Virus record (IMG/VR): IMGVR_UViG_3300036820_000025
Coordinates: 1 to 52,855 of that record
Strand: one strand, 5' to 3'
Length of the DNA: 52,855 nt
From: a virus
Taxonomy: Duplodnaviria > Caudoviricetes
The first letter of the stretch is position 1. The number at the start of each line of letters is the position of its first letter. Of the stretch, positions 9,078 to 17,478 are shown in pieces. Made by a program: the position numbers and the translations under genes. Under the pieces are notes generated by a model. That model was not told the origin of the DNA, searched no databases, and saw only the letters and a program-made list of their open reading frames with translations.

Positions 9078-10226
9078 ATGGCAGGCGCACACGCACGCAT
9101 CGCGCCCTCGGGGCTCGCCCTCACGGTTGCCTGCCACGCTTCAGTGCAGTTGCAGGAAGCCGCGGGCGAGCAGCCCGAGACCGACGAGGAGGCCGAAGGC
9201 ACAGCGGCCGACCTCGTGGCGCAGGCATACGCTGCCGGCGACCCGTGGCCGATTGGGCATAAGTTTGAGAGCAGCGGCCGGCAATGGGCGGTCGATGTCG
9301 ATATGGTGAACGGCGCGAAACTGTTCGTCGAGACGCTGCGCGGCGAGGGCGGCGACGTGCGCCTGCACGATGGCGTGCGCTGTTCAGCCATTCACGAAAC
9401 GGACTGTTGGGGTACGCCCGACGGTTGGCGCTTTTTCCCGCGTGGCACTGGCCCGCAGCAAACACCCGTGTTGCGTGCTGTCGAGTACAAGTACGGGTTC
9501 CGTTATGTCGAAGTGTTCGAGTGTTGGCAGCTCATCGCTTACGCCGTGGGCGTCATTGAGCGTCTGCAGCTCGACGACCAAAATTTGATACTCGAACTCG
9601 TCGTCGTGCAGCCGCGCTCGTACACCATCGAGGGCAAGGTGCGAACGTGGCGCGTCTCTGCGACCGATATTCGCGCGCTCGTCAACATCGCCGAGCATGC
9701 TGCCCACGAGGCGCTAAAGCCGAACCCAACAGCAACAACCGGCGCCCATTGCATCGACTGCAAGGCGCGCCATCTCTGCACGACTCTGCAGCGCTCGGCG
9801 GCCAATCTCGTGGACTACAGCGCGCAGGCCGACGCAAACGAGCTGAGCGCGGATGCGATGGGCTCGGAGCTGCACATTCTCGACCAAGCAATGCAGCGGC
9901 TCGAAGCCCGCCGCACGGGGCTCGCAATCCGCGCCGAGGCCGCGCTGCGTGCTGGCGTGCAGGTCCCGTTCTATGAGCTGAAACCCGGTCGGTCCAATCT
10001 CAAATGGTTGGAGACTGTGAAACCCGAAGACATTGCCGCGCTCGGCGATATACTAGGGGTCACCGTACGCAAGCCGCTCGAAGTTTTCACGCCGCGCCAG
10101 TGCATTGACGCCGGCATCGGCGAGGACCTTATCAACAACTACGCCAGCCGACCGGCCGCCGGGCTCAAGCTGGCCCCCGTTTCCATGACCGCAACCCGTA
10201 AAATGTTTGGAGCTAATCGCACATGA
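9078..10226 (+). CDS. DUF2800 Cas4-like PD-(D/E)xK exonuclease
   Basis: HARIAPS...C, WGTPD, EYKYG, QL..YA.G, QPR, HCxxCK....C. Confidence 0.85.
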   Translation: MAGAHARIAPSGLALTVACHASVQLQEAAGEQPETDEEAEGTAADLVAQAYAAGDPWPIGHKFESSGRQWAVDVDMVNGAKLFVETLRGEGGDVRLHDGVRCSAIHETDCWGTPDGWRFFPRGTGPQQTPVLRAVEYKYGFRYVEVFECWQLIAYAVGVIERLQLDDQNLILELVVVQPRSYTIEGKVRTWRVSATDIRALVNIAEHAAHEALKPNPTATTGAHCIDCKARHLCTTLQRSAANLVDYSAQADANELSADAMGSELHILDQAMQRLEARRTGLAIRAEAALRAGVQVPFYELKPGRSNLKWLETVKPEDIAALGDILGVTVRKPLEVFTPRQCIDAGIGEDLINNYASRPAAGLKLAPVSMTATRKMFGANRT

Positions 10227-11182
10227 GCACCGCACAGCCAAAGAATTTCGTTTCAGATACCGGCCGTATCCTATGGGGCGACCTGTACGCACCGCAGACC
10301 GAGGACATCGACGGCAATCCGTTGTTGATTAAAAACGGCCCCGATGCTGGCAAGCCCACGCAGCGCTATAACTTCGGCCTTGGGGTCGAGAAGCGCCCGG
10401 GGGAGACGCATTGGTCACAGTCGAAGCTCGGCGCCGAGATTTGGGCCGCGGGTTATGCCGCATTCCCACATCTACAGGACCCGACCACGCGGCAGCTACC
10501 GGAAACCTTCGCGTGGAAAGTCACCGACGGCGACTCGACCAAGCCCGGCAAACCGTTTCGTGGCAAGCCCGGCCGCAGACCCTGCGACAAAGAGGGCTAC
10601 CCGGGGCATTGGGTATTCAGTTTCAGCAGCTCCTACCCGCCCAAGGTCGTGAACGCCGACGGCTCGGCTTATATCCTCGACAAAGACGCGGTGCAGCCGG
10701 GCGACTACGTGCAGGTTGCCGGCAGCGTGTCGGGTAACTCGGGCTCGAATCCGGGGGTGTACCTGAATCACAATTTTGTGTCGCTGCAGTACAAGGGCCA
10801 GCGGATCATGAGCGGCCCCGACCCGTCTGCATTGGGCTTCGGCAGCGGCGCCAAGCCGGCCGGATACCTGCCCCCCGTGGGCGGTATGGCGGCCCCGCCT
10901 GCCGCCGTCCCTGCGGCTACTCCGGGCGCCCCCGTGCCTCCGCCGGCAACCCCGGCGGCCCCCGCCGCCCCGGCGCCTGCTCCGGTGCCCGTGGTGCCCT
11001 CTGCGACGTTCATTCCGCCAGCCCCGGCCGGTGCTGCCCCGCCGCCTCCGGCTGCTCCTGCAGCGCCTCCGGCGCCCGTGGGGCCGCAGATGACACCCAA
11101 GGCGGCCGGGATGAGTTACGACGCATTCCGCTCGAAGGGCTGGACCGACGAACAGCTCCGCGCAAACGGGTACATGGTCTGA
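10223..11182 (+). CDS. ssDNA-binding protein (DUF2815-like) with Pro-rich tail
   Basis: WKVTDGDS, EGYPGHW, PGDYV, GVYLN motifs; lies between DUF2800 and the polymerase. Confidence 0.75.
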   Translation: MSTAQPKNFVSDTGRILWGDLYAPQTEDIDGNPLLIKNGPDAGKPTQRYNFGLGVEKRPGETHWSQSKLGAEIWAAGYAAFPHLQDPTTRQLPETFAWKVTDGDSTKPGKPFRGKPGRRPCDKEGYPGHWVFSFSSSYPPKVVNADGSAYILDKDAVQPGDYVQVAGSVSGNSGSNPGVYLNHNFVSLQYKGQRIMSGPDPSALGFGSGAKPAGYLPPVGGMAAPPAAVPAATPGAPVPPPATPAAPAAPAPAPVPVVPSATFIPPAPAGAAPPPPAAPAAPPAPVGPQMTPKAAGMSYDAFRSKGWTDEQLRANGYMV

Positions 11183-11377
11183 CGAGCCGCGGGGCTCGCC
11201 CGAGCGGTCGGCTGTCCCTGCCGAGGGATACCGCGACGGCGAGCCCTGCCGCATGCGTTCGGCCCGTGCGCGGCGCCCGGACGACGCGCGGGCGAGCCGG
11301 GCGGGTCGGATCAGCTCGGGGCGGGAGTCATAACCCCGCCCTCGGGGCGCACATCCCCGCGACCCGTTCGTTTTTTT
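11183..11377 (+). ncRNA. Structured intergenic RNA element ending in a terminator
   Basis: Stems 11189-11200/11238-11249, ~11262-11270/11285-11293, and 11298-11308/11360-11370 (multibranch), followed by T7. Confidence 0.5.
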
Positions 11378-11391
11378 AAGGATCTGCTGAA

Positions 11392-13617
11392 TTGATCGAG
11401 CTACTAGCAGGGCAGCAGTTCATCGCCGGCCACGGTGTCGCAACCGTGGTAGCCGACCTCGATTTCGAGACCTATAGCGAAGCCGGTTACCGATGGGACC
11501 CGCTGCTATGCAAATGGAAGTCACTCGAAGGGCTCGCCGAACAGAACCGCGGCCTTCCGGCCGTGGGCGTCTACAACTACGTGACGCACCCAACGTTCGA
11601 GGTTTTATCGGTGGCCTACGACCTCAAAGACGGCCGCGGCAAGCGTTGGTGGCGCCCGGGCATGCCACAGCCCGAGGACCTGCTGCAGCACGTGCGCGAG
11701 GGCAAACCGCTTGAGGCTCATAATGAAGGGTTCGAGTGGCACGTGTGGATGCTCTATTGCGTCCGCGCGTTTGGTTGGCCGCCGCTGCTGCCGGAGGCCG
11801 AGCGCTGCTCGCAGGCTAAGGCTCGCGCGTGGTCGTTACCTGCGAAGCTCGCGAACGTCGGTATTGCACTGAGGCTCCCGCCGGAGCTGATGAAAGACAA
11901 AGACGGCACGCGACTGATTCAAAAATTGACGGTGCCGCGCAACCCTACTAAGGGCAACCCTGACCTGCGTTGGTATCCCCACACGGCACCCGAGGATTTC
12001 GCAGCGTTCTATCGCTACAACGTGCAGGACATCGAGAGCGAGGGCGCGGCGAGCATACGCATTCCCGACCTCGTGCCGCGCGAGCTGGAAATATGGCGCG
12101 TTGACCAAAATATCAACCGCCGCGGAATGCAGATAGACACCGTGGGCGTGCAGCACTGCATTAACATTGTTGAGCAAGCCACGGCGAAGTATAGCGGCCG
12201 ACTGCGCGAGATTACCGGCTACCGCGTGCATAAGCACACCGAGGTTGCGCAAACCCTCGAATGGTTGCAGACGCAGGGCGTGTACCTTGGCAATCTCGAC
12301 GAGGAGACGGTCGGCGAACAACTGAAAGTCGCACACTCCGATGGCGTCAGAGAGGTCCTGCGCATCCGGCAGGCACTGAGCTTCGGCAGCGTCAAAAAGC
12401 TCTATGCGATGCGCGCGCAAGTCTGCAGCGACGGCCGGCTGCGCGATCAGTACGCATTCCACGGTGCCCATACCGCGTTGTGGAACGGGCAGGGCGTGCA
12501 GGTCGCGAACCTATACACTCCGGGCGATGCGTTCAAATCGCCCGATAACGTCGAGATGGCGCTTGCGTGCATTGCTTCGGGCTCGCTCGATTACGTCGAG
12601 GGCGTGTACGGCGATGCGCTCGAATGCGTGGCGAACTGTTTGCGCTCAATGATTGTTGCGCCCAAAGGCAAGCTATTAATCTCGTCCGACTTCACAGCGA
12701 TACAGGCCGTCATTACCTCGGCGCTCGCAGGCGAGCAGTGGCGCCTCGATGTGTTCGCTACGCACGGCAAGATTTATGAAACTATGGCGTCGCTCATCAC
12801 GGGCAAGCCGCTGCAGTTTTATCTCGACTACAAGAAAGAAACCGGCAAGCACCACGCCGACCGGCAGCTCGGCAAGCTGGCCGTTCTGTCGGCTGACTTC
12901 GGCGCGTGGATCAACGGATGGAAGCGATTCGGCGCCGACAAAATCCTCGGCCCCGATGAGGAAATCAAGCGCGTTATTCTGCTCACGCGCAACGCGCAGC
13001 CGATGGTCGGCGAGCTGTGGGGCGGACAGGTTCGCGACAAATTCCGCTCGACGGAACGCCCCGAGCTGTTCGGGCTTGAGGGCGCAGCTATCAAGGCCGT
13101 CCTCGACCCGGGCAAATGCTACGGCTACCGCGGCATCCGGTATGTTGTCCATGATGACGTACTCTACTGCCAGCCGCCCGGCGACGGCGCGCCGCTGTGC
13201 TACCACGAACCCCGGCTGACGCCCACGCATCGCGAGTACAGCCGCCCGTGGGAACTCGATTTGTCATATATGGGCTGGAACTCGAATCAGACCAAAGGCG
13301 CGGGCGGATGGGTTCGCATGCCGCTCTATGGTGGCGTGCTCACGCAGAATGTTGTCGCTAAGTCAGCGCGCGAGTTCCAAGCCGACGCCCTCGTCGAGTT
13401 CGAGCGCTCGGGCTGGGCCGTCCCGGTCATGCACACCCACGACGAGGGCGTCTGCGAAATCGACGAGGAGCGCGGAACCAAGGCCGAGGGCATATGTAAA
13501 GCCGAGTTTGAATACATGATGACCGTACGCGCCCGGCGCCCGGAGTTCGCCGGCTGGCCGATCAAGGCGCCGGGGGCTTGGATACACGGACGTTTCGGTA
13601 AATGGGAAGGATTGTGA
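11392..13617 (+). CDS. Family A DNA polymerase with 3'-5' exonuclease domain (atypical motifs)
   Basis: ExoI DFET, ExoII AHN..FE, ExoIII YNVQD; motif A SDFTAIQ; motif B RQLGK; motif C HTHDE. Confidence 0.92.
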   Translation: MIELLAGQQFIAGHGVATVVADLDFETYSEAGYRWDPLLCKWKSLEGLAEQNRGLPAVGVYNYVTHPTFEVLSVAYDLKDGRGKRWWRPGMPQPEDLLQHVREGKPLEAHNEGFEWHVWMLYCVRAFGWPPLLPEAERCSQAKARAWSLPAKLANVGIALRLPPELMKDKDGTRLIQKLTVPRNPTKGNPDLRWYPHTAPEDFAAFYRYNVQDIESEGAASIRIPDLVPRELEIWRVDQNINRRGMQIDTVGVQHCINIVEQATAKYSGRLREITGYRVHKHTEVAQTLEWLQTQGVYLGNLDEETVGEQLKVAHSDGVREVLRIRQALSFGSVKKLYAMRAQVCSDGRLRDQYAFHGAHTALWNGQGVQVANLYTPGDAFKSPDNVEMALACIASGSLDYVEGVYGDALECVANCLRSMIVAPKGKLLISSDFTAIQAVITSALAGEQWRLDVFATHGKIYETMASLITGKPLQFYLDYKKETGKHHADRQLGKLAVLSADFGAWINGWKRFGADKILGPDEEIKRVILLTRNAQPMVGELWGGQVRDKFRSTERPELFGLEGAAIKAVLDPGKCYGYRGIRYVVHDDVLYCQPPGDGAPLCYHEPRLTPTHREYSRPWELDLSYMGWNSNQTKGAGGWVRMPLYGGVLTQNVVAKSAREFQADALVEFERSGWAVPVMHTHDEGVCEIDEERGTKAEGICKAEFEYMMTVRARRPEFAGWPIKAPGAWIHGRFGKWEGL

Positions 13618-13655
13618 CGCAGGTCTCGACAAACTGACGCGGGCGTCAGTATGAT
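13613..13655 (+). promoter_or_regulatory. CRP/Clp-like class II promoter with operator
   Basis: TGTGA-cgcagg-TCTCG, 21 nt containing TGACG-cggg-CGTCA (13635-13648), -10 TATGAT (13650-13655). Confidence 0.8.
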
Positions 13656-13683
13656 GGCTCCAAGATAAAACGGAGTCTCAGCC

Positions 13684-15144
13684 ATGCCCACTTGGTCGCC
13701 CTATCAAGAAACCGCTTTCGACTTCATCGCCAACGGCGCCGGCAACGCGATTGTTAAAGCCGTCGCGGGCTCGGGCAAGACGACGACCGGCGTTGAGATG
13801 GTCAAGCGCATCCCGGCCGGTAAGTCGCACATTTTCTTGGCCTTCAACAAGTCGATTGCGACCGAGCTGTCATCGCGCGGCATCAACGGCCGCACGTTCC
13901 ACAGTCTTTGCTACTCGCCTGTGCTGCGCGCCAAGGACGTGAAAACGGTCACGACCGACAAGCTGCGCCGCGGAGTCGATGAGAACATCGGCGACGCCGA
14001 GGCGCGCCTGTATGGCTCGTTTATCGTCCGCCTCGTGGGGCTCGCTCGCAACGCTGGCGTGGGCGTGCTCTCGCCGGATGAGCCCGAGACGTGGGAAGCC
14101 CTCGCCGAGCACCACGACCTCGAACTCGACGACGAGGCTGCGAAGCCGGCGCGCGCCATTGAGTTGGCCCGCAAGCTCCTCGCGTGGTCGAACAGCGCCG
14201 ACGCGCTCGACTTCGACGATCTGCTGTACCTTGCCGTCAAGGACGGTATCAGCCTTCCCAAGTTCGACTATGTGTTCGTCGATGAGGCGCAGGACACCAA
14301 CGCGATACAGCGCGCCATCCTGCGCAAGCTGATGAAACCCGCGAGCCGCTTAATCGCGGTCGGCGACCCGGCGCAGGCCATATATGGTTTCCGCGGTGCC
14401 GACAGCGATTCAATGGGCCTCATCAAAGACGAGTTTGCCTGCACTGAACTGCCGCTGACAGTCACGTACCGCTGCCCCACGTCGGTTGTCGAATTCGCCC
14501 GCGAGTGGGTTGACCACATCGAGCCGGCACCGGGCGCAGCCGAGGGCACCGTCACAGAGCTGGGCGAGTCGTGGAAGCCGGCGCAGTTTCAGGCCGACGA
14601 CCTCATCGTGTGCCGCACAACCAAGCCCCTCATTGCGCTGTGCTACAGCCTGATTCGTGCCAAGGTGCCGGCCCGCATGATGGGCCGCGAGATTGGCGCC
14701 GGCCTTAAATCTCTCGTCACTCGCATGAATGCCAAGGGCATCGACGCGCTCGTCGAAAAGCTCAGCATCTACACGGCGCGCGAAGTCGAGAAGCACATCG
14801 CCAAGCGGCAGCAGGCGAAGGCCGAGGCCGTGCAAGACAAGACGGACGCGATTTTTTGTCTCATCGAAGGGCTGTACGAGACTGAGCGCACGGTGCCGGC
14901 GCTGCTCGCCGTCATCGACTCACTGTTCGATGAGGCTGCCGGGCAGTGCGTGCTCGCCACGATCCACAAGGCCAAGGGGCTCGAAGCAAACCGCGTATAT
15001 TGGCTCAACAGCTCGCAGTGCCCCGCCAAGTGGGCCACGCAACCGTGGCAGCAACAGCAGGAGCGCAACCTGTGCTACGTCGCCGTGACGCGCGCCAAGA
15101 GCGAGCTGCTATTGATTGAGGAACGAAAGGAGCGCAACCGATGA
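13684..15144 (+). CDS. UvrD/Rep-like SF1 helicase
   Basis: AVAGSGKTT, DEAQD, VGDPAQAIYGFRGAD, TIHKAKGLE, YVAVTRAK. Confidence 0.93.
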   Translation: MPTWSPYQETAFDFIANGAGNAIVKAVAGSGKTTTGVEMVKRIPAGKSHIFLAFNKSIATELSSRGINGRTFHSLCYSPVLRAKDVKTVTTDKLRRGVDENIGDAEARLYGSFIVRLVGLARNAGVGVLSPDEPETWEALAEHHDLELDDEAAKPARAIELARKLLAWSNSADALDFDDLLYLAVKDGISLPKFDYVFVDEAQDTNAIQRAILRKLMKPASRLIAVGDPAQAIYGFRGADSDSMGLIKDEFACTELPLTVTYRCPTSVVEFAREWVDHIEPAPGAAEGTVTELGESWKPAQFQADDLIVCRTTKPLIALCYSLIRAKVPARMMGREIGAGLKSLVTRMNAKGIDALVEKLSIYTAREVEKHIAKRQQAKAEAVQDKTDAIFCLIEGLYETERTVPALLAVIDSLFDEAAGQCVLATIHKAKGLEANRVYWLNSSQCPAKWATQPWQQQQERNLCYVAVTRAKSELLLIEERKERNR

Positions 15145-15422
15145 ACACCTACGACCTGCCCGTCATCGACTACGGCAAGCGCCGTCGCAAGGCGCTTAAA
15201 TGGCTCGGCGTCCGCTACCTACTTGCTCGGCCCGTTCCGCGTCGCGAGCCAAGCTCGGTAATGCGCCGTAGTGTCGAAGTCACCGTCAACGAGCATGACG
15301 CCCTCGGGGCCGAGTGCTCGGGCGTCGGAGCGCCACGCGGGGCCACCGAACCAATGCACGGCAAGGTAGAACATCTGCGCTTGCGCGCGGGAGCAGCCGT
15401 CGGCAATCATCGCCGCTCGTAG
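15141..15422 (+). CDS. Hypothetical protein (convergently overlaps DUF1353 gene)
   Basis: AAGGAG SD and ATGA coupling to the helicase stop. Confidence 0.5.
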   Translation: MNTYDLPVIDYGKRRRKALKWLGVRYLLARPVPRREPSSVMRRSVEVTVNEHDALGAECSGVGAPRGATEPMHGKVEHLRLRAGAAVGNHRRS

Positions 15423-15674
15423 AAACTCATCGTGGTTCGCTTTGTCGAGGAGCCCATGAGCCCGGGCGGATGCGTACAGCCAATCGTGGCCGGTCGCTGC
15501 GCGCCGGCTGCGGCCGTTAGAGCCAATGTGTAGCGGCGTCGAGGCAAGGTCAGTACGAAAGCCCACGGGTACCGTAATGCGGCCGAACGTGGGGTCAACC
15601 CATATGAGCGGCTTGTCGAGGACCCACACATTCGGTACGGGGTCCTCGCGCAGCTCAAGCTCGGTCAGGAACAC
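15219..15674 (-). CDS. DUF1353 protein
   Basis: ITVPVGFRTDLASTP...AATGHDWLY...FYLAVHWFG. Confidence 0.85.
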   Translation of the reverse strand: MFLTELELREDPVPNVWVLDKPLIWVDPTFGRITVPVGFRTDLASTPLHIGSNGRSRRAATGHDWLYASARAHGLLDKANHDEFLRAAMIADGCSRAQAQMFYLAVHWFGGPAWRSDARALGPEGVMLVDGDFDTTAHYRAWLATRNGPSK

Positions 15675-15676
15675 CG

Positions 15677-16327
15677 TCAGCCGCCGCTGGCAGCAATCAC
15701 GGCGTTGATGACATCAGCCGCGGCGGCCTGCGCGTTTGCAAGCGAGGCGTTGCTGCCGATTCGCTCGGTAATCGCCACGGATAGGGCCGCCTCAAGAATC
15801 TGCGCCGCGGCGAGGTCGCCGGCCGGCAGCTTGAGGGATGCCAGCTCGACATTTACGACCCCGGCAACGGCCGCCAGCGAGGCCGAGGCGCCCTGATCGG
15901 CCGCCAATGCCTTGTGGGCAATGCTGTTGATTTGCGCGGCCGTAATGCCGTGCTGCTCGGCCGTGGCGACTGTCACATCGGCAACCGCGCCGAGCGTGGC
16001 CTGCCCGACCGGGCTCGACAGGGCGGCCGGCACCGAGGCGCAAGCAGTCAGGCCAAGGGCAAAGGCTACGGCCAGAACGGGCGCCACGGCTTTGGCTGCG
16101 GTCGTTGCGGCGGTCTGCACCGTCACGCCGCTGGCCTGTGCCTGATGGATGCCGAGGCCGGCAGCGGTCGCCACGAGCGCCACAATGCCAGTCGGCCCGA
16201 CGTAGGGCTGCAGCGGGGCGAGGCTCGGGAACTTTGCGACAGCGGCAGGGGTAAGGGTTTCAGCGATGCCCACGGCCGCGGCGACGTAGCCGAGCAGATG
16301 GGCGCCGTACGACTTCCAAAAATTCAT
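15677..16327 (-). CDS. Lysis-module membrane protein (holin/spanin-like, internal lipobox)
   Basis: Several TM segments and an internal LTAC; directly after the endolysin. Confidence 0.6.
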   Translation of the reverse strand: MNFWKSYGAHLLGYVAAAVGIAETLTPAAVAKFPSLAPLQPYVGPTGIVALVATAAGLGIHQAQASGVTVQTAATTAAKAVAPVLAVAFALGLTACASVPAALSSPVGQATLGAVADVTVATAEQHGITAAQINSIAHKALAADQGASASLAAVAGVVNVELASLKLPAGDLAAAQILEAALSVAITERIGSNASLANAQAAAADVINAVIAASGG

Positions 16328-16770
16328 GGTGCGATACCTGTTGATAGAATTTTGCGCAATGGGGCGTAGCGTGATGCGTCAAGACGTGCATCAGCGACGC
16401 TACACTGTTTCGCACATTCTGTCCAATCGCCCTTGGCCGCCGCGGCGAGCATGTGGGGGAAGCCACCGACGAGCCCATGCACGCCCTCGTTGTACGCGAT
16501 GTCGAGGAACACAGACTGCCGCGCCGGGCCGGCGTTCTGGTACCACGCATAACCCACAAGCTGCGCCTCGACCTGCTCCGCGAGATACGCGAGCATTACA
16601 GAGAACAGCCCGGCCGAACCGCATTGCATGAGGTTGAAGCCGATGCCCCACGATAGGTTGCCCACGGGGGCGGACACGGGCTCGTCGGTCGCGTCGTCGT
16701 AGGGTTTGAGCTTTGAGCCCTCCTCGCGCACGGCGCGGGCGACGAACTTCTGCAGAGCTAGACTGCTCAT
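16324..16770 (-). CDS. Endolysin, T4-like/GH24 lysozyme
   Basis: EEG.KLKPYDD (E-x8-D), GNLSWGIGFNL, RQSVFLDIAYN.G...F..ML.A...GDW..A. Confidence 0.85.
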   Translation of the reverse strand: MSSLALQKFVARAVREEGSKLKPYDDATDEPVSAPVGNLSWGIGFNLMQCGSAGLFSVMLAYLAEQVEAQLVGYAWYQNAGPARQSVFLDIAYNEGVHGLVGGFPHMLAAAAKGDWTECAKQCSVADARLDASRYAPLRKILSTGIAP

Positions 16771-17024
16771 CAGTGATGCCGCCGAAACAAAATCTCGAAA
16801 ATACTTGCAATCACGCCCGAGCCTACGACCGCGCTTGCGATAGCCTTCAACACGCGCGCAGCCCCGTGGCGCCGGTTACGCTCGGCTATCAAATGGTCGA
16901 GCTTCGCATTAACGCTCGTGAAGCCGGTCGATTGATCGGCCTTCAGCTCGGCGAACTGCGTATCGTGAACATCGAGCCGTGCGCCGATGGCGCCTAGCTC
17001 GCGGGCTACGTCGGTGTCGTTCAT
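16770..17024 (-). CDS. Putative holin/antiholin (coiled coil + C-terminal TM)
   Basis: Immediately upstream of the endolysin; single C-terminal hydrophobic helix. Confidence 0.55.
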   Translation of the reverse strand: MNDTDVARELGAIGARLDVHDTQFAELKADQSTGFTSVNAKLDHLIAERNRRHGAARVLKAIASAVVGSGVIASIFEILFRRHH

Positions 17025-17040
17025 TTTGAAGGGCCAACTA

Positions 17041-17478
17041 TTATTTATAATGGAAAGTGTTAGTGCCTACGCCCACGCAACCCGATGTGGTTGTCCACGT
17101 CCACGTGCCGGAGCCGCTAGAGAAAGCATATGCCGCGGAGCTTGAAGCGTACGCCGTCGCGCCGATAGTCAGTGTGGTGAAATAGCTTTGCCCTAAGTTA
17201 GTGCCCGTGCTGATCGTTAAAAAACAAACCGCTGAGCTTTGGGCAAACAGCTGTTCTATGTTGTGCCCATTTGCATCATTGCCCGGCGAGACGCTGCCAC
17301 ACGGGCCGCTAGCGCTGAAGCCGACCCCAGTCGGGCACGAGCCGCCGGTTGCCCCCACGATGGCGCCATTGTAAGTGAATGCCGGGGGGATTGACGCACC
17401 TAGCAAAATGTTGGTGACGCCCGTAGCGGACGCCGCGCCAACAGCAAGCAAGCACAGCAGAGGAAGCAGACGACGCAT
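17041..17478 (-). CDS. Small beta-rich protein with signal peptide, following the fibre-like gene
   Basis: MRRLLPLLCLLAVGAASA signal-like N-terminus; Gly/Ser/Thr-rich with four Cys in the mature part; TGATG coupling. Confidence 0.7.
   Translation of the reverse strand: MRRLLPLLCLLAVGAASATGVTNILLGASIPPAFTYNGAIVGATGGSCPTGVGFSASGPCGSVSPGNDANGHNIEQLFAQSSAVCFLTISTGTNLGQSYFTTLTIGATAYASSSAAYAFSSGSGTWTWTTTSGCVGVGTNTFHYK

Noticed and set aside
9078-10226. CRISPR-Cas locus based on the Cas4-like gene
   Set aside because: DUF2800 is a standard part of this replication module; no array or other cas genes were seen.
8260-11090. Pro/Ala-rich tracts as DNA repeat elements
   Set aside because: Low-complexity linkers within ORFs, with no regular nucleotide periodicity.
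11183-11377. Retron msr/msd, tRNA or DGR element
   Set aside because: No reverse transcriptase motifs, no tRNA D- or T-loop consensus, and no TR/VR pair noticed.
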